Origin: a virus
Virus record (IMG/VR): IMGVR_UViG_2925639251_000002
Strand: one strand, 5' to 3'
Length of the DNA: 64,000 nt
Shown: positions 8,945 through 22,022 of the stretch, piece after piece
Position numbering within the stretch: position 1 is the stretch's first letter
Layout: every line of letters begins with the position of its first letter
The notes under the pieces: model-generated
What the model saw: only the letters and a program-made list of their open reading frames with translations
Database searches by the model: none
Told to the model about the DNA's origin: nothing
Program-made: the position numbers and the translations under genes

Positions 8945-11587
8945 TTAATTTTGTTGGTAAGCTTCCCAGATATATTTAACGTTTAATTTATTTCCTCTGC
9001 AGTTACTATCTGAGCCTGTGATAAAAAGGTTGTTTCCCAAAGCACCATAGCTTAAATCTCCTCCAATAAGGGAAAGTCCGGTTGAAGTAACTTGATAGGC
9101 ATAGCCCCCCAATTGACTTTCAATTACTAGTTGACTGTCTTCAGGTGAAATCGGGGTTATTCTAACTAAATCGGGGGTAAAGGCAAGCGGAATTTGTTTA
9201 CTTAAAGTGCCGTCTCCTGTGTAAACACCTTTAGCAAACTTGGGAGGAACGGGGATATTTTCAGTTAATGCATAGTCAGAAGCTGCTCGTCCACCTAACA
9301 TCTCTGCATTTCCATCTATTGAGCCACTAATGACCCCTGATTGATCACGTACTGGTATAGAGTTTGGTGAGGTGGTTAATGAAGCTGTAAAACCATTCAG
9401 AGAGTCTGCTGAACCAGCAGATGAAACAATCCATTCCTCTCCGTTAAACAGTTCCTGTTTATTAGTCTTTGGGTCAATCCAAATTGTTCCTGTCTCTGGA
9501 TCTTCTGGCTTAGATTCCGTGGAAATTGTATAAAGACCATTAACTTTTCCACTAAGGCTTCCTTTTACTTCAATTGAAGGAGTAGGGAGGTAGGGGTTTT
9601 CAGAAGGATGATTTGACTTAACTATATCCGAAAGAAGAATTTGATTAATATCGATATCCGCATCTACTCTTCGATATGCTTGAACACCAATTGTATAGTA
9701 CATATTTGAAGGCAATCCGGTAAAAGTAGCTGTTCGCCTGTCATATTTAACATTTTGTAAATTTTCACTAGCTTGCACAGAGCCAAATGTGTACTCCTCA
9801 TTGTCATCACTACCGTGTAAGTAAACCTCAAACCCATCAATGTTGTATTTGTCTTCATTGGAATCAACATAGTTCCACTGAATGGTAATATCAACTGACC
9901 CGTTATCATTTACCTTATGGGTAATTGCCGTGCCGTCAGAAGCAATAACAGGGGGTGCTGGCTGCACTGAGATTCTGTCATTTCGAATATTGAAGTTTTC
10001 AGTTACTTTGTCCCATTCAATCTTTCTTTTGTTTAATTCAGTACTTATTTTGTTTGTTCTGTAAACGGTCTTAATGACTTTCTCAAAATCAGATTGAACT
10101 CTTTTTCCATTTGTAACTGTGACACTAATATTTGATTGTTCAAAATCAATTGTTATTGCTGAAAGAATGGCTTTAATATCGGTATTTAAATCACTCTGTT
10201 GAACTCCTACTATGTCTCCCAAACTGAACCTATCCCAGTTATGTTTTTCACTAATACAGTTAAAAAAGTTTACAATATCGAGTGTTACATTCACTGGCGG
10301 TGTATTACGACTTTCGAGTTCTTCGTTGGCATCATCATAAAGTTCATTCTCATCATAGATGCTGTCATTTGACCACTCAGTTGTCGAAATGAAACGTGAG
10401 AGCAGTTTTTGCTGATTTTCACTAAAATTGTTCTCAAAAGAAAGCTTTTCTTTAAGCTTAGAAATTGAAGCAGATATTTGAGAAATTGTTGATTCAATCG
10501 TAGCAATTTGGTTTTTCTTTTCTGCAACTGCTTTCTGCTTTACGGCAAGTTGAGCTTTTAGTTGACTTGTGTCATCTCCAGCTTTCTTCGCAACTTCAAT
10601 TCGATCTAATAACTTTTGGACTTCTAGATCAAGTGTGTAAAGCTCATTATTCAATTCGGTTAAACCAGTTTCAGCTTCGTTCTTTTGGGTGAGAAGTTTA
10701 TTAAACGCATTTCCTTCGCTATTAACAAGATCATTATAATCAAGAATTGCATGACAAAGTTCATCTGGCATATAGGCACTGTGGGAAATTACATTTCGTT
10801 GTTCGTCACGTTGAAAGGGGAAGAGGAAATAAGAGAAATCATCAATGTACGATTGACCAGTCGGGTTCACTGAATTAATACTTATGCCATCTTTTCCAGT
10901 AGCATACAGTCTTGTTACCAATTCGTCTGCATCATCAGAATCGTCCATGCTAATCATATATTGCCGAGGGTTCAGTTTGAGGCCTTTGTATTTCGAAATG
11001 TCTGATTCTTTATAAAAGCTTACAGTTTCTTTTAATGTATCAAAGACTGGAACTGCATCGAACTTCTCGCAGATTGAATATAAAAAATCAAGCTTGTTAG
11101 TTGATGATACATCAAACTGTCTTCGTTTTACGTTAAAGAGAGTATCTATGTATCCAACCGTCCAACTGGTATTCTTTAAACAGTCTGTAACTACTTCCTG
11201 CAGATTTTTAGATGTCTCCTCATATTTAAGAACGCTTATTCTGCTCAATTCATGTTGAAGAGATCTACACTCAACTTGTACAGTATCCATTTCACTGCTG
11301 AAAGACTTGGTTCTTTTTGTGATAATAAACCAAATCGCAAGCCCATAGAACTCAGTTTTAATTAGGTACCAGGGTTTTAGTAAATCTACAACATGATTCC
11401 TTTTAATGACCCCATCATAGGTGGCCTTAAGCGGAATAGAGAAGGAGAGTTCGTGAACGCTGCTTCCATGATTTAAAGTTACAGTTGGATTCAGAACTTC
11501 ATCAATGTTGGCTATTTTAGTCTTATCTGGCTTAGCAAGGGATAAGCGTATGTTTTTTATCTCTGTATCCTTGCGAATAGTTATCAA
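8945..11587 (-). CDS. yomG: Tail tip/Tal-like (prophage endopeptidase tail) protein with FN3-like domain
   Basis: [12 protein letters not shown] tail motif, coiled coil; follows the distal tail gene. Confidence 0.8.
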   Translation of the reverse strand: MITIRKDTEIKNIRLSLAKPDKTKIANIDEVLNPTVTLNHGSSVHELSFSIPLKATYDGVIKRNHVVDLLKPWYLIKTEFYGLAIWFIITKRTKSFSSEMDTVQVECRSLQHELSRISVLKYEETSKNLQEVVTDCLKNTSWTVGYIDTLFNVKRRQFDVSSTNKLDFLYSICEKFDAVPVFDTLKETVSFYKESDISKYKGLKLNPRQYMISMDDSDDADELVTRLYATGKDGISINSVNPTGQSYIDDFSYFLFPFQRDEQRNVISHSAYMPDELCHAILDYNDLVNSEGNAFNKLLTQKNEAETGLTELNNELYTLDLEVQKLLDRIEVAKKAGDDTSQLKAQLAVKQKAVAEKKNQIATIESTISQISASISKLKEKLSFENNFSENQQKLLSRFISTTEWSNDSIYDENELYDDANEELESRNTPPVNVTLDIVNFFNCISEKHNWDRFSLGDIVGVQQSDLNTDIKAILSAITIDFEQSNISVTVTNGKRVQSDFEKVIKTVYRTNKISTELNKRKIEWDKVTENFNIRNDRISVQPAPPVIASDGTAITHKVNDNGSVDITIQWNYVDSNEDKYNIDGFEVYLHGSDDNEEYTFGSVQASENLQNVKYDRRTATFTGLPSNMYYTIGVQAYRRVDADIDINQILLSDIVKSNHPSENPYLPTPSIEVKGSLSGKVNGLYTISTESKPEDPETGTIWIDPKTNKQELFNGEEWIVSSAGSADSLNGFTASLTTSPNSIPVRDQSGVISGSIDGNAEMLGGRAASDYALTENIPVPPKFAKGVYTGDGTLSKQIPLAFTPDLVRITPISPEDSQLVIESQLGGYAYQVTSTGLSLIGGDLSYGALGNNLFITGSDSNCRGNKLNVKYIWEAYQQN

Positions 11588-11599
11588 TTTTTCACCTTC

Positions 11600-12361
11600 T
11601 TACCGATACTTAAATCTGAAAGTGAATCTCAGTTTGCATTTTCCGGTCACTTTTAATCGATTTTTTCCGTAATCCAATCTAATATAATTGTCATTGAAAT
11701 CATCATATCTTTCATTCCCATATAAAGACGACTCGATTATTTCTTTTTCACCATTCACTTTAACAATTTCTCTGTCTTTTAGATTGCTGAATATAAAGGG
11801 ATCAGTATAATCACTCAGGTTCTCGATTTTTACATCGCCGTCGCCAATTTTAAGAATTTCAACAGTAGGGTAAATCGCAACATCGCCTTTGTTATGGAGT
11901 TCAATGGTTTTCATTCCTGATGATATATCAAAGGAATGAGTACTTGTGTTTCGACTATATGCATAAGGGGAGTTGCATTTCATTGTCAAACGAACATATC
12001 CATGTCTAGCCGCATTATGGACTAGATCACTGGTATCTACGGGCATTGCATAATACACAATGTCTAAATTTTCACTGAAAGCTAAGGGCTTGTAATCATC
12101 AACATCTAGCCAGCGCTTAATTGCTCTTATTTTTTTCTCATCATAATTATCACCAACATAAAAGTTTAAAGGGAATTGTTTTGATTCTCTTTTGACTCCT
12201 TCAGTGTACGGCTCTGATCTTCCTTTTACATAAGTTTCATTAACTGATCGTGAGCCCAAAAAAGATTCCTCAACTAACCCTGATTCTATATTAACGTTTT
12301 CTACACCGTAGTCGATCGACTTTACGTTATCAAACATGAAATATTGGCTCTGTCTAATCAC
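11600..12361 (-). CDS. yomH: Distal tail (Dit) protein
   Basis: CNSPYAYS motif; located directly after the tape measure gene. Confidence 0.8.
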   Translation of the reverse strand: MIRQSQYFMFDNVKSIDYGVENVNIESGLVEESFLGSRSVNETYVKGRSEPYTEGVKRESKQFPLNFYVGDNYDEKKIRAIKRWLDVDDYKPLAFSENLDIVYYAMPVDTSDLVHNAARHGYVRLTMKCNSPYAYSRNTSTHSFDISSGMKTIELHNKGDVAIYPTVEILKIGDGDVKIENLSDYTDPFIFSNLKDREIVKVNGEKEIIESSLYGNERYDDFNDNYIRLDYGKNRLKVTGKCKLRFTFRFKYR

Positions 12362-12401
12362 TTTTTCACCCCCAATATAAAAAGAGCCGGCCTTAGCCGA
12401 C

Positions 12402-15400
12402 TCATGTGATGTTGAAATTCAGTCCAGTATTTTTAAGACCATTTGCTAATTGTTTGTACACTAAGCTTGCAGTTTCTTTAGCATTACTAGCTTCTGTTAC
12501 ATTAATTGTGAATGAGTTCTGATTGTTTGATGTATTCCCTTGAGGTGTAGAAGGGGATACAATAGGTGTTGATAAGTTCTTAAGAGCTGGAATTAAGCCT
12601 TTAGTTAGATTTGTTTGGCTAGTAACTGCAGCGTTCATTGCTGGGGTGACAAGGGCGATACTCTTACTTAAAACATCTGAAATTTTACCAGGTTGACCCC
12701 ATTTAGAGGCAGTCTTTGTTGAACTATCAGTAGACGTTTGACGAACTTGCTTTACAGCTTCCAGCATGTTTTCAGTATCAGTCTTATTTAAGATAAGTTC
12801 CTTGTCATGTAAGAATGCAAGCTTTCCTGTTCCAAGTCCTGTGCCTGTATATCCACCAGAAGCAAATGATGACACCTTTTTACCTGTTGTATTTCCAGTT
12901 GTGACGGTATTTAATGCACTGGCAGCGTCCTTAAGCTTATCAATCAAGTTATTGGAGATACTTTTCCCAATCGAATTCATATTCTCGTTTATGAACTTGG
13001 TGAATTCATTAAGCTGCTTAGCGATGTCAGTGATTTTACCATCCATAAGCTTATCTTCAAGCTTTTTAAATGCTCGTTCATCATTTACCAGGTCATCGTA
13101 CTTGTTGTTGATTGACTCTTCATCTTTTTCAAGCTGATCCTGTAGGGCTTCTTTTCGTTTTGTGTTGCTACGATCTTTAATATACTCATCCAAAGCTTCC
13201 TGTTGTTCTTGAAGCTGTTTTTCTAGGTCTTTGACTTGAGATTTAGCCTCAGAGGAGTCGTCCATGGAAAGCTTATTGATCTTATCTTTTGTTTCCTGTA
13301 TTGCTTGGTTTTTCTCCTTCAATTCCTTCTGATACTTAGCTTCGTCATCAGTCTTGTCTATCTCATCAATCTTATCTTGAGTTGCTTTCTGATGCGCCTC
13401 TAACTCAATATCCCGCATTTTTTCGTACATCTCTTTATAGATTGACACAACTTCATCAGCCAATGATTTATAGATATCCTTGATCGATTTCTTGGTGTTA
13501 TAAAGCTCAAGATTAAAATCTTTCTGTTTATCTTTCCAGTTTTCAATTTCTTCAGTGATCTGTTCCTGGATGTCAGGGAAACCTTTCGCAGCTTTCTTTT
13601 GTTCTTCAAGCTGCTTAATGTATTTCTTCGCTTCCTTTTGTTGTTGTTGAATGAGCTTTATTTGCTTGCTATAGTATTTAACCTTGTCTTCATCTTCTTC
13701 AGTCATTGAAATTTTGTTATCGACATCTTTAATTTTCCCTTGGGTTTTAGAAGATGACTTTTCAATTGACTTAAGTGTCTCATCAACTTTAGATTGAACA
13801 AGTTGTTTCTGTAGCTCACGAACCTGGTCTTGAACAGAAATTAAATCTAGCTTGGCTTGTTTAAGCTCTTCTTGAAGCTGTGCACGTTGAGCGGAGTTCA
13901 ATGCTTTATTTGTTTTTATTTCTTTTTGAATCCAATTAACTTTTTGCTGTTGGATTTTAGCTTGCTCTGCCACAGCTTTTTTCTGATCAGAGGTGTATTT
14001 GCGGAATTCCTTGCTGTCAGAAGTGTATCGGTTAGCCATTGATTCATCTTTAGCAATCCGAACATCAAAATCCCCAATCCTTTTATCAAACTCATCGAGT
14101 TTAGATTGAACTAGTTCATACTGAAGTTCTTGAATCTGATCATCGACTGAATCGATATCTCCTTGAAGGGAGAGAAGATCAGATTTAGCCTGGGCTATTC
14201 CTTGTTGCCGTTCTGCCTCAGCTTGTGACGCATCTGAAATAGAAGTTCCAATACCTTGCATGTACTTTTCAGGATCGATTGTTTTTCCGTTTTGCTCAAT
14301 TTGTAGGTGAAGATGGTTCCCAGTTGAGTTCCCTGTGCTACCAACTTTACCAATAGTTTGACCGGCTTTAACTGATTGACCTGTTTTAACAGAAGGAGTG
14401 TTAAGCATGTGCATGTACTTGGCAACTGTTCCATCATCCTGTTTAATAACAACCCAGTTACCTGCAGTTTTACTGTAGCCAGCAATTTGGACTTTACCAC
14501 TTTGAAGAGATTTAATTGCTGTACCTGCTTTTGCAGCAAAATCAGTTCCTTTGTGTGGGGAGGAGCGGAGACCGGATTCCTGTTGTCCATATTTGGAGCT
14601 TACCCTAAAAGCGCTATTATTTGTATAATAGCTGGCGATTGAAGAAGTGGCAGAGGAGAGGGATTTGCTATAGTTGGCCATGATCTTCTTGACGTAATTC
14701 TGTGTTTCTTTAAAAGGAGGGATACCGCCATATTTAATTACGTTACCAGGCCCAGCATTATATGCAGCCAATGCTTTTTCAACATTACCGCCAAACTTTT
14801 CAAGTTGTTGGGCGAGGTACTTTGTTCCACCCATAACATTTTGATAAGGATCGTAAGCGTTATTTACTCCCAAGCTTTTTGCTGTTGCTGGCATCAGTTG
14901 CATTAATCCCATGGCACCTACACCAGATCGTGCTTTAGCATTAAACCCTGATTCTTGCTGAATTACAGCTGCGATAAGGGCAGGGTCAACATTGTATTTA
15001 CTAGCTGCTGAATTTATGTAGCTTGAATACTTGCCTGAATATGATCCACCAGTTGAGGAGAGGGTTCCGCCAGAAGAAGTTGTAGAGGTTACAATACCGT
15101 ATTGAGTAATGTTACCGGATTTAATTTGATCTTTAAGCAGCTTAGCTTGTTCCTGCATAAGCTTTTTCTTTTGTTGAAGAGCTTTAATTTCTTTCTTGAT
15201 TGCGTCTCTATATTTCTGAGAGTATTTCGGATAATCATTGACTTGCTTGTTGTACTTGTCAATCTCAGCATTAACTTTTTCTAATGCTTCCTTGTATTTA
15301 TCAACAACATACATAGAAGTTTTTACTTCTTCAGAGGCTTTTTCTGCAGATGAAGACATATCTTCCATTGATGTACCAGTCTCTGATAGAGAAGAGGAGG

Positions 15401-18400
15401 CTAAATCAGCTAATTTATCAAGTTCATCAAGTTGATCAGTAATGTCAGTAACTTGATTTAAATCTTCTTGGGTTTTAGGAAGGTATTGAATTGCTCCGCC
15501 ATTACCTTTTTTCATTTCCTCAAGAATTTTCTGTTTTTGTTTTTCAAGATCTGATTTCAAATTATAAGCATCTTGAACAGTTTTGATTGCTTTAACTTCA
15601 GATTTATACATATTAATCTTCTTGTTTAAAGCATTAGCTTGATTTATTAGATCCTGCTTAACAGACTGCTGCATGTCATTGTATGCTTTTAGCTTGGCGT
15701 CACGTAGCTTAACAACTGCATCTCTGTTTATTTTCACAACGCCATTTTCAATTGAAATAGCGTCTGCAAGATCGTTTTCTTTCTGGATTAACTTCATAGC
15801 TTCCGAAGCTGATAAACTTTTACCTTCAGCCATTTTCTCAAGCAATTCATTTAAAGGGGAGATGTTATCAGCCATGGCATCATAAGCATCGTTTTGCAGT
15901 GCGGAAATTGCTAAATCATTTTGTTTAGAATCAACAAGGTCACTAATAATGGAACTAATTGCTTCAAAGTCACCTTTGGCATCTTTAAGTTTGTCAGATA
16001 GGGTACCAACAGATTCTCCTAAAGCATCTACGCCTTCTCCATTTTCATCCCATGTTACTTTAGCTGATTCAGCTGAATTGTTTGTTGAGTCAATAGCATC
16101 CTTCAGATCCCCATAAGAGAGCACAAGACTATTTGCTTTATCAGTACCATTCACATATTGACTTATTAGGTTTTCAAGACCTTGAGAGGCTTTAGAAAAA
16201 TCAGTCTGATTTCCTGATTGTAGAGCCTTTTGGATTTTATCCATATATTGAGATACATTGATAGAAAAGGACTCTAACTGCGATGCATCCATTTTGCTGA
16301 AGTCAATCTTGTTAAATGCATCATTGACTTCCTTGGTGAGTTGAGGGTTAATTTTTATGGAATTAAATGCTTCTACTGTTTTAGAGACTTGTTCACGGAT
16401 TTTTGACTGTGAGCTAGATAGAGATTGTTCAACACGAAGAGCATCTTGTTCAGCTTTAATACCTTTATTTTTAATTGAGCTGTCATCTGCAAAAGGATTT
16501 TCAAAAAATGACCAGAAACTCTTTCCTTTTGAGTATGTGTCAGCCATCTTTTTGTATTGATCAATTTCAGCCTGAAGATCCTTAATTTCTTTCAAACTTT
16601 CTGAAAAAGTGTCTTTGACACCCGTTTGAATATCTTTCTTATTGAGGTCGGCTAGCTCTTGAGTATATTTGATGGCATCTTGTAGAGCGTCGTTATTTTT
16701 AATTATTGCTTGCCCTTGTGAGTCGTAACCAGCAACTAAGTTAGGAAACGTTTGAGCTAATTGTTGCGTGACCTGAAGATACTCCTGTTCTTTTTCAGAA
16801 CTTAAAGTACCTGATGCTTTTGCTTTTTGAAGCTCTTTGTATTGAGCAATTAATTGATCTGTTGTGTCTTTATTGGTCGTAATTGCTTCAATGCTTGTAA
16901 TTTTAGCTTGTTCAAAATCTTCTCGTGCTTGTTTTAATTTGGAGTATGAGGATATTAGCTTCTCAATAACAACACCAAAAGCCATCATTGCTGCCATAGG
17001 AAGGAAGCTACCAGCTAAGAAAGCTCCTGTAGTCATTGCTGCCTTTTTTAAGTTCGTAAGTGAAGTTGAAAAAGCAGTTGTGATTTTACTCCAAATTGCT
17101 GTTTTGGCTGAAGCTGCTGTCACTCCAACCGTAAAAGTATTAAAGTTAAGGATAAGATTTTTTAGAGCTACACCCATTGCAGTACCTGAAGTTATAGCAC
17201 TTGCACGAAGTGAAGAGTTAAATAATATTACTGCAGCTGTCGCTGCTCCAAATACTTGCGGAAGTAATCCAACGGACTTGGTTACTTGGGCACTTAATTG
17301 CATTAAACTTTTTAACGCATCAGCGAACACTACGATACTATCAGATATTAACGCTTCACCTGATGCCACAGACATTTCTGTAAAAGCATTGGATAAACGA
17401 TTAACTCTTGCTTGCAAGCTATCGGCATATTTTTGTTGCTCTTTCCATGAACTACCGACTGAATTAGCAGCAGTATTCGCAGCACTTTGGGCAATGGTGA
17501 AGTTATTCATCATTGCGTTAAAACGAGATAACTGGTAAATACCCGCAACGCCTATTGATGTATTTTGTTTTTGAGCATCACTTAACGTATCCCATTTCCC
17601 AGCGAGTTCCTCAATTAATTCGCTCGAAGACTTAGCTTCACCGCCAGCTGTTTTAACTGAGATACCAATCTCTTCTAATGCCTTGATTGAACTTTGGTTA
17701 TTACCAATACGAGCAAAAATGGTCTTTAGTGAGTTACCTACAACATTTCCTGACTCACGAGTAGTACTGGCAATTGCTGTTGTGTAACCAATCAAGTCGT
17801 TTAATTCAACACCGAAAGTAGAGGCTGTAGAGCCGGCTTTTCTAATACTGTTTGCAAGGTCTAAGGTACTAACTGCATAGTTGTTATCGACTTCATTTAA
17901 CTTATCTGCAATTGATATAGAGTCACCGGCTGCTACATTAAAGTTAAGCATTGCAGCTGTTAAGGTGTTAACAGTATCGTTAGGATTCAAATCAGAAATG
18001 TTCTGTAAGACCTGAGCGGTTTTAGTTACATCTCCAAGTTCAGATTCACTAAAGCCCATTCGTCCAAATGAACCAGTGATTTCAAGGATATCCGAAATTT
18101 TATTAGATAGCTGATCACCAAGATCAATTGAGGATTGCAGTAGTTCATTAAATTTGTAATCAGGTAAGTCCATGACTCGTCTAATGTCTGTCATTAAAGT
18201 ATCGATTTGAATGACTTGTTCCACCATTGACTTTAATGCTTGAACCCCTGAATAGAACATCGTCCCACTCAGAAAATATGCGGGCATACGACTAAATGAT
18301 TGTGCTAATTGTTCTCCAAAGCCTGAAACATTAGAAGAAGCAGATGATGCATTCGCAGATACTTCTCTGAACTGCATATTTAGATTCTGCATCTGTGTTC

Positions 18401-19295
18401 TTAAATTAGGAGTTCTTGCCGTAAGTTGGTTAACTGAGTTGAGATAATTCTGAAGGGCAGAGGAGTTAGCGGTACTAAGTGAACTGCCGTAACGAGTATT
18501 GAGGTTTTGAACATTTATTTGCGCTTGACGTTGATATAATTGAACTTGATGCTCAAGTTCTTTTGTTTTTGCTTTAGCGGTAGAGGAATCATCAAGTCGT
18601 TTAATACGATTTGCAATTTGATCAATTTGAGCAGCAGTTTGAGCACCGTTAATTGAAGTGGAAAGTCGAGAGAGCACCTGGGAAGAGACTAATCCTTTTT
18701 CTCTTAACTTTTCTAGGCTTTGGTTTAGTTGTTCAATTGCTTTCCTTTGTTGATCGTAATTGGTTGTGGTTCTTGAAGAAGTTGCATTAGTTTTAGGGTC
18801 AGTCGTATAAACAATGTCTTCAAAACCGTTACGGTTTTTCTGTACAACCTTTGTGGTTTGGCCTTGTAAGTTCTTTTGTTCGGTCTTTTTTTGTACTTGA
18901 CCTAATTTTTCAGTAGCTTGAGCGAGCTTGTTAACTTCTTGAGTTTCTTGCCTTAGAGCAGCATTGCGATTATTAATTATTTTCGTTTCACGTTGAAGAA
19001 TCTCACCGTTTTTCTTGTATTGCTGAGTGAGCTTTTCAACTGATCCATCAGCATTCTTAATTACTGTGGACGTTTCTTTTACTGTTTGATTATAGGATTT
19101 TAGATTTTTTTGATACGCATCTACAGCAGAAGAGAATTCTTGCAGAGCTTTTAAGGTTGTAGAATCAATATTTGTGTTGAGTTTGAGGGAGTTAAGCTTC
19201 TTTTCTAAAGATTTGATTTGCTGATTTAACTGGTCGACAGTTTTTGATGAGGTATCAGCTTGCGGGGTTAATATGATTTTGAGGTTTTGACTCAA
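12402..19295 (-). CDS. cwlP: Tape measure protein with lytic transglycosylase (SLT) and M23 peptidase domains
   Basis: 2297 aa; TP901-type TMP region, [22 protein letters not shown] (SLT), HKGTDF...HLHLQ (M23). Confidence 0.95.
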   Translation of the reverse strand: MSQNLKIILTPQADTSSKTVDQLNQQIKSLEKKLNSLKLNTNIDSTTLKALQEFSSAVDAYQKNLKSYNQTVKETSTVIKNADGSVEKLTQQYKKNGEILQRETKIINNRNAALRQETQEVNKLAQATEKLGQVQKKTEQKNLQGQTTKVVQKNRNGFEDIVYTTDPKTNATSSRTTTNYDQQRKAIEQLNQSLEKLREKGLVSSQVLSRLSTSINGAQTAAQIDQIANRIKRLDDSSTAKAKTKELEHQVQLYQRQAQINVQNLNTRYGSSLSTANSSALQNYLNSVNQLTARTPNLRTQMQNLNMQFREVSANASSASSNVSGFGEQLAQSFSRMPAYFLSGTMFYSGVQALKSMVEQVIQIDTLMTDIRRVMDLPDYKFNELLQSSIDLGDQLSNKISDILEITGSFGRMGFSESELGDVTKTAQVLQNISDLNPNDTVNTLTAAMLNFNVAAGDSISIADKLNEVDNNYAVSTLDLANSIRKAGSTASTFGVELNDLIGYTTAIASTTRESGNVVGNSLKTIFARIGNNQSSIKALEEIGISVKTAGGEAKSSSELIEELAGKWDTLSDAQKQNTSIGVAGIYQLSRFNAMMNNFTIAQSAANTAANSVGSSWKEQQKYADSLQARVNRLSNAFTEMSVASGEALISDSIVVFADALKSLMQLSAQVTKSVGLLPQVFGAATAAVILFNSSLRASAITSGTAMGVALKNLILNFNTFTVGVTAASAKTAIWSKITTAFSTSLTNLKKAAMTTGAFLAGSFLPMAAMMAFGVVIEKLISSYSKLKQAREDFEQAKITSIEAITTNKDTTDQLIAQYKELQKAKASGTLSSEKEQEYLQVTQQLAQTFPNLVAGYDSQGQAIIKNNDALQDAIKYTQELADLNKKDIQTGVKDTFSESLKEIKDLQAEIDQYKKMADTYSKGKSFWSFFENPFADDSSIKNKGIKAEQDALRVEQSLSSSQSKIREQVSKTVEAFNSIKINPQLTKEVNDAFNKIDFSKMDASQLESFSINVSQYMDKIQKALQSGNQTDFSKASQGLENLISQYVNGTDKANSLVLSYGDLKDAIDSTNNSAESAKVTWDENGEGVDALGESVGTLSDKLKDAKGDFEAISSIISDLVDSKQNDLAISALQNDAYDAMADNISPLNELLEKMAEGKSLSASEAMKLIQKENDLADAISIENGVVKINRDAVVKLRDAKLKAYNDMQQSVKQDLINQANALNKKINMYKSEVKAIKTVQDAYNLKSDLEKQKQKILEEMKKGNGGAIQYLPKTQEDLNQVTDITDQLDELDKLADLASSSLSETGTSMEDMSSSAEKASEEVKTSMYVVDKYKEALEKVNAEIDKYNKQVNDYPKYSQKYRDAIKKEIKALQQKKKLMQEQAKLLKDQIKSGNITQYGIVTSTTSSGGTLSSTGGSYSGKYSSYINSAASKYNVDPALIAAVIQQESGFNAKARSGVGAMGLMQLMPATAKSLGVNNAYDPYQNVMGGTKYLAQQLEKFGGNVEKALAAYNAGPGNVIKYGGIPPFKETQNYVKKIMANYSKSLSSATSSIASYYTNNSAFRVSSKYGQQESGLRSSPHKGTDFAAKAGTAIKSLQSGKVQIAGYSKTAGNWVVIKQDDGTVAKYMHMLNTPSVKTGQSVKAGQTIGKVGSTGNSTGNHLHLQIEQNGKTIDPEKYMQGIGTSISDASQAEAERQQGIAQAKSDLLSLQGDIDSVDDQIQELQYELVQSKLDEFDKRIGDFDVRIAKDESMANRYTSDSKEFRKYTSDQKKAVAEQAKIQQQKVNWIQKEIKTNKALNSAQRAQLQEELKQAKLDLISVQDQVRELQKQLVQSKVDETLKSIEKSSSKTQGKIKDVDNKISMTEEDEDKVKYYSKQIKLIQQQQKEAKKYIKQLEEQKKAAKGFPDIQEQITEEIENWKDKQKDFNLELYNTKKSIKDIYKSLADEVVSIYKEMYEKMRDIELEAHQKATQDKIDEIDKTDDEAKYQKELKEKNQAIQETKDKINKLSMDDSSEAKSQVKDLEKQLQEQQEALDEYIKDRSNTKRKEALQDQLEKDEESINNKYDDLVNDERAFKKLEDKLMDGKITDIAKQLNEFTKFINENMNSIGKSISNNLIDKLKDAASALNTVTTGNTTGKKVSSFASGGYTGTGLGTGKLAFLHDKELILNKTDTENMLEAVKQVRQTSTDSSTKTASKWGQPGKISDVLSKSIALVTPAMNAAVTSQTNLTKGLIPALKNLSTPIVSPSTPQGNTSNNQNSFTINVTEASNAKETASLVYKQLANGLKNTGLNFNIT

Positions 19296-19348
19296 GTAAG
19301 AATCACTTCCTTTCAGTAGGGGAGGGGAAAAATAAAAAAGCCACTCAG

Positions 19349-19975
19349 CTATTGAGCGACTTTACTTCCTTTGCGTATTGCTATTTCCATAATCCCTTGC
19401 CAAATTTCAACATTAGATAAAGCTTCCTTAACTTTTTGATCATCTTGTTTAAATCCTTTAGTGTTTTGTAAGCCAGTATCAGTTTTACTTGGTAAGAACT
19501 CTATTTTAGTTATGGGGTTAGAAAAATCATCAAGTTTTAACTTAAGATCAATCTTTCTAAAATATTTGGACTCAGTTCTGTCTGAAGATAACCCTCCAAC
19601 AAGAGCCCCAATACCTCCTGCAGCAAGTCCTCCGATAACGGCTCCTGCCATTTGACTACCTCTAGAAACTCTTGTTATGGATTGATCGTCAATAGCTATC
19701 TCAGCTTCGATTATCTTGCTAAATGGGATTGATTTTTCTTCAATTGTCAATACTTCATTGAAATGATGAATTACAAACTTATTTTCGGATTCAACCAAAG
19801 TCAGCTTTTTATTTTTATCTGGTGTTAGATATGACTTATAATCCTTTGGGTAATTCCCTGCGGAAATTATTTTCTCTAAATTTTGTTTTTCTATTTCCTT
19901 TTGTTTATCTGCTCCAAAATCCCCTATTATAAAGAAAGCAGCTATTACTAACAAAACAATAATTGCCCAAATCAT
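19349..19975 (-). CDS. Membrane-anchored hypothetical protein (moron)
   Basis: N-terminal TM helix, glycine zipper [18 protein letters not shown]; extended -10 (TGaTATAAT) upstream. Confidence 0.75.
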   Translation of the reverse strand: MIWAIIVLLVIAAFFIIGDFGADKQKEIEKQNLEKIISAGNYPKDYKSYLTPDKNKKLTLVESENKFVIHHFNEVLTIEEKSIPFSKIIEAEIAIDDQSITRVSRGSQMAGAVIGGLAAGGIGALVGGLSSDRTESKYFRKIDLKLKLDDFSNPITKIEFLPSKTDTGLQNTKGFKQDDQKVKEALSNVEIWQGIMEIAIRKGSKVAQ

Positions 19976-20051
19976 TCAACCACCACCGGTACCATTTTCC
20001 TGCATTATATCACGATTTCCATATCGGGGTGGAAAAGAGGAAGTGAATAAT

Positions 20052-20396
20052 TTATTTATTTCTAACAATTAGTTTAAATATTTGTTTAATCGGTTCAATC
20101 TCATGAGGGGAAAGAGGGTGCCCGTTCCAATGGAGATTATCCTTTTCTAAGAATTCTGATATATTTTTACGCTCTTTTTTAGGATCTGGATCATCAGTTA
20201 TTCCTAAAATATAGTCTACTGAGACATCGTAAATTTTAGCCAATTCTATAAGTTTGTCTAATGGCGGTTTTTTACTTTCAGATTCATAACCACCATAACT
20301 CGACTTCGCAATACCTATTTTCTCACCAATATATTCTAGGGTGTATTTATGTGATTTTCTTAAAAATCGTAACCTTTGCCCATACATATGACACAC
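20052..20396 (-). CDS. XRE-family HTH transcriptional regulator
   Basis: GQRLRFLRK...GIAKSSYGGYES...LAKIYDVSVDYILG. Confidence 0.9.
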   Translation of the reverse strand: MCHMYGQRLRFLRKSHKYTLEYIGEKIGIAKSSYGGYESESKKPPLDKLIELAKIYDVSVDYILGITDDPDPKKERKNISEFLEKDNLHWNGHPLSPHEIEPIKQIFKLIVRNK

Positions 20397-20564
20397 TTCC
20401 TTTTATGGTTGTATTTACATTATAATAATAGCAAATAATCTTAAAAGGATCAACATTTTTTCATTTTATATATTTTCGTTCCCTTTTAGGGAATAAATGA
20501 ACTTGCTTTCCAAAGGAGATGCTTTCATACATAAGCAAAATTCCTCAGGACGAGGAATCTTGAT

Positions 20565-20592
20565 TCTGCATAAAAGAGGGATTTTAACTAAA
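20565..20592. repeat. 28-bp palindromic 11-6-11 site, copy 2 (overlaps the yomM stop codon)
   Basis: TCTGCATAAAA-GAGGGA-TTTTAACTAAA. Confidence 0.7.
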
Positions 20593-21589
20593 CAAATATT
20601 TGATTCTTTTCTTCTTCAAAATCCCGTAAATCATAATGTTTGATTGTTGTTGAGACATCTTCATGATGAGCTACATATTTGCTTATCAATTCAATTTTGA
20701 TTTTCTTAACTTCTAGGAGATAAGTGATGCATGAGGCTTTGAAGAGGTGAGGGTTAATACGCCGGCCAAGAATGTCTGATAAAACGTCCGAGCAGAAATA
20801 ATCAGCCCAAGACTCTGACATCTGTTTAGGCTCTCCGCCATACTGAGTAGTGAAGAGGTATTCATGATCATAACCGCGTTTTTCATGCCACAATCGAAGG
20901 TACTCCAATGCTTCTGTGTTAATCATGTACTCAAGAGGTTTTCCTTCACCTTTACCTTTTCCGAATACCTTATGACTCATTACATATGACTGACCCTCTG
21001 GAATAGGGTAATCTAATATTTCTGTTTTTAACTGTATGAGTTCTGCTCTTCGCCCGCCAACATTAAAAGCTGTGGCAAGCCATGCCATCCCCAAATAATT
21101 TTCATCCTCTTTTAGAGCGTCCATCATTAGCTTGTAATCGTCATATGTAACTTTTACTTTTTCATATGTTGTGGTTTTGGGAATAGCAGGGAGTCCACGG
21201 GTGAAGTTTCTGAATTTCTCATAATTCTCATCATCTTCTGCAACAACATTTTCAATGTAATTATTTAATGATGATACACCAGCTTTTTTTAATGCAATTC
21301 CACTTGAAGACATTCCTCGATTTTTTAAGAAACTTTGATACCTAATGAAATCACGTTTTGAGATTTTATAAAGTTTTTTGCCGTTAAGAGAGTTATGTAC
21401 CCACCAAAAGAATTGACGAAGGGAGGAGTAATATTGTTTTCGTGTTTTATCTCTAAACGAGTGAGCATCTAAAAACTCTTGAACTAAGTTTCTATGTTCC
21501 TCGTCAACTTGCTCCCACATTGATTCCGTGACCTCAGGAAGCTTTACTGCTCGAGATCTGAGCATATTCTTTTCAATTGATTTGGTCAT
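20588..21589 (-). CDS. yomM: Tyrosine recombinase YomM
   Basis: GGRRAEL, GKGK, HLFK, HHEDVSTTIKHY catalytic pattern; start corrected to MTKSIEK. Confidence 0.88.
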   Translation of the reverse strand: MTKSIEKNMLRSRAVKLPEVTESMWEQVDEEHRNLVQEFLDAHSFRDKTRKQYYSSLRQFFWWVHNSLNGKKLYKISKRDFIRYQSFLKNRGMSSSGIALKKAGVSSLNNYIENVVAEDDENYEKFRNFTRGLPAIPKTTTYEKVKVTYDDYKLMMDALKEDENYLGMAWLATAFNVGGRRAELIQLKTEILDYPIPEGQSYVMSHKVFGKGKGEGKPLEYMINTEALEYLRLWHEKRGYDHEYLFTTQYGGEPKQMSESWADYFCSDVLSDILGRRINPHLFKASCITYLLEVKKIKIELISKYVAHHEDVSTTIKHYDLRDFEEEKNQIFV

Positions 21590-21602
21590 TAATTCACCAC
21601 CA

Positions 21603-22022
21603 TTAGTACGTTTTAATACCATCTGCTTTTAAATCTTTTTTTAGCGCTGCAGTTAATCGTCCATCTTTTAGTGTCTCAGAGGTATTCTTCATAAAAGGAC
21701 GAGGTTTACCGTAGCCATATCCATATGAATCAGGGTATGTATACCCCTGTCCGGTTTCAATGACTGTAGCAACATCTTTCCCATCATCTTCTCTAATATT
21801 GTCCAAGGATACCCCGTTACTCTCGTTGGTGGTTATAAAAGCGTCTTTAAGCTTTCCTGTACGTTCATAGAGTAGGGGGCTATAGGTGCCGTAAACATCT
21901 TCTTCAACATGATCTTGACCTGTTTTCGTCATGACTTGCTTAACGTTAGAGGAAGATTTATGTATAGACTGAATTGCAGCTTGTTCAACCATTGCTTTGA
22001 TTTCTTTTATGTTTTTCGCCAT
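21603..22022 (-). CDS. yomN: YomN-like virion morphogenesis protein (HK97 gp10-like)
   Basis: RTGKLK and KPRPFM motifs; synteny. Confidence 0.7.
   Translation of the reverse strand: MAKNIKEIKAMVEQAAIQSIHKSSSNVKQVMTKTGQDHVEEDVYGTYSPLLYERTGKLKDAFITTNESNGVSLDNIREDDGKDVATVIETGQGYTYPDSYGYGYGKPRPFMKNTSETLKDGRLTAALKKDLKADGIKTY

Noticed and set aside
16864-17538. 224-aa plus-strand ORF and other shadow ORFs inside cwlP, yomG, yonF, uvrX and the 49-51 kb genes
   Set aside because: They are antisense or out-of-frame to well-supported genes and show no motifs
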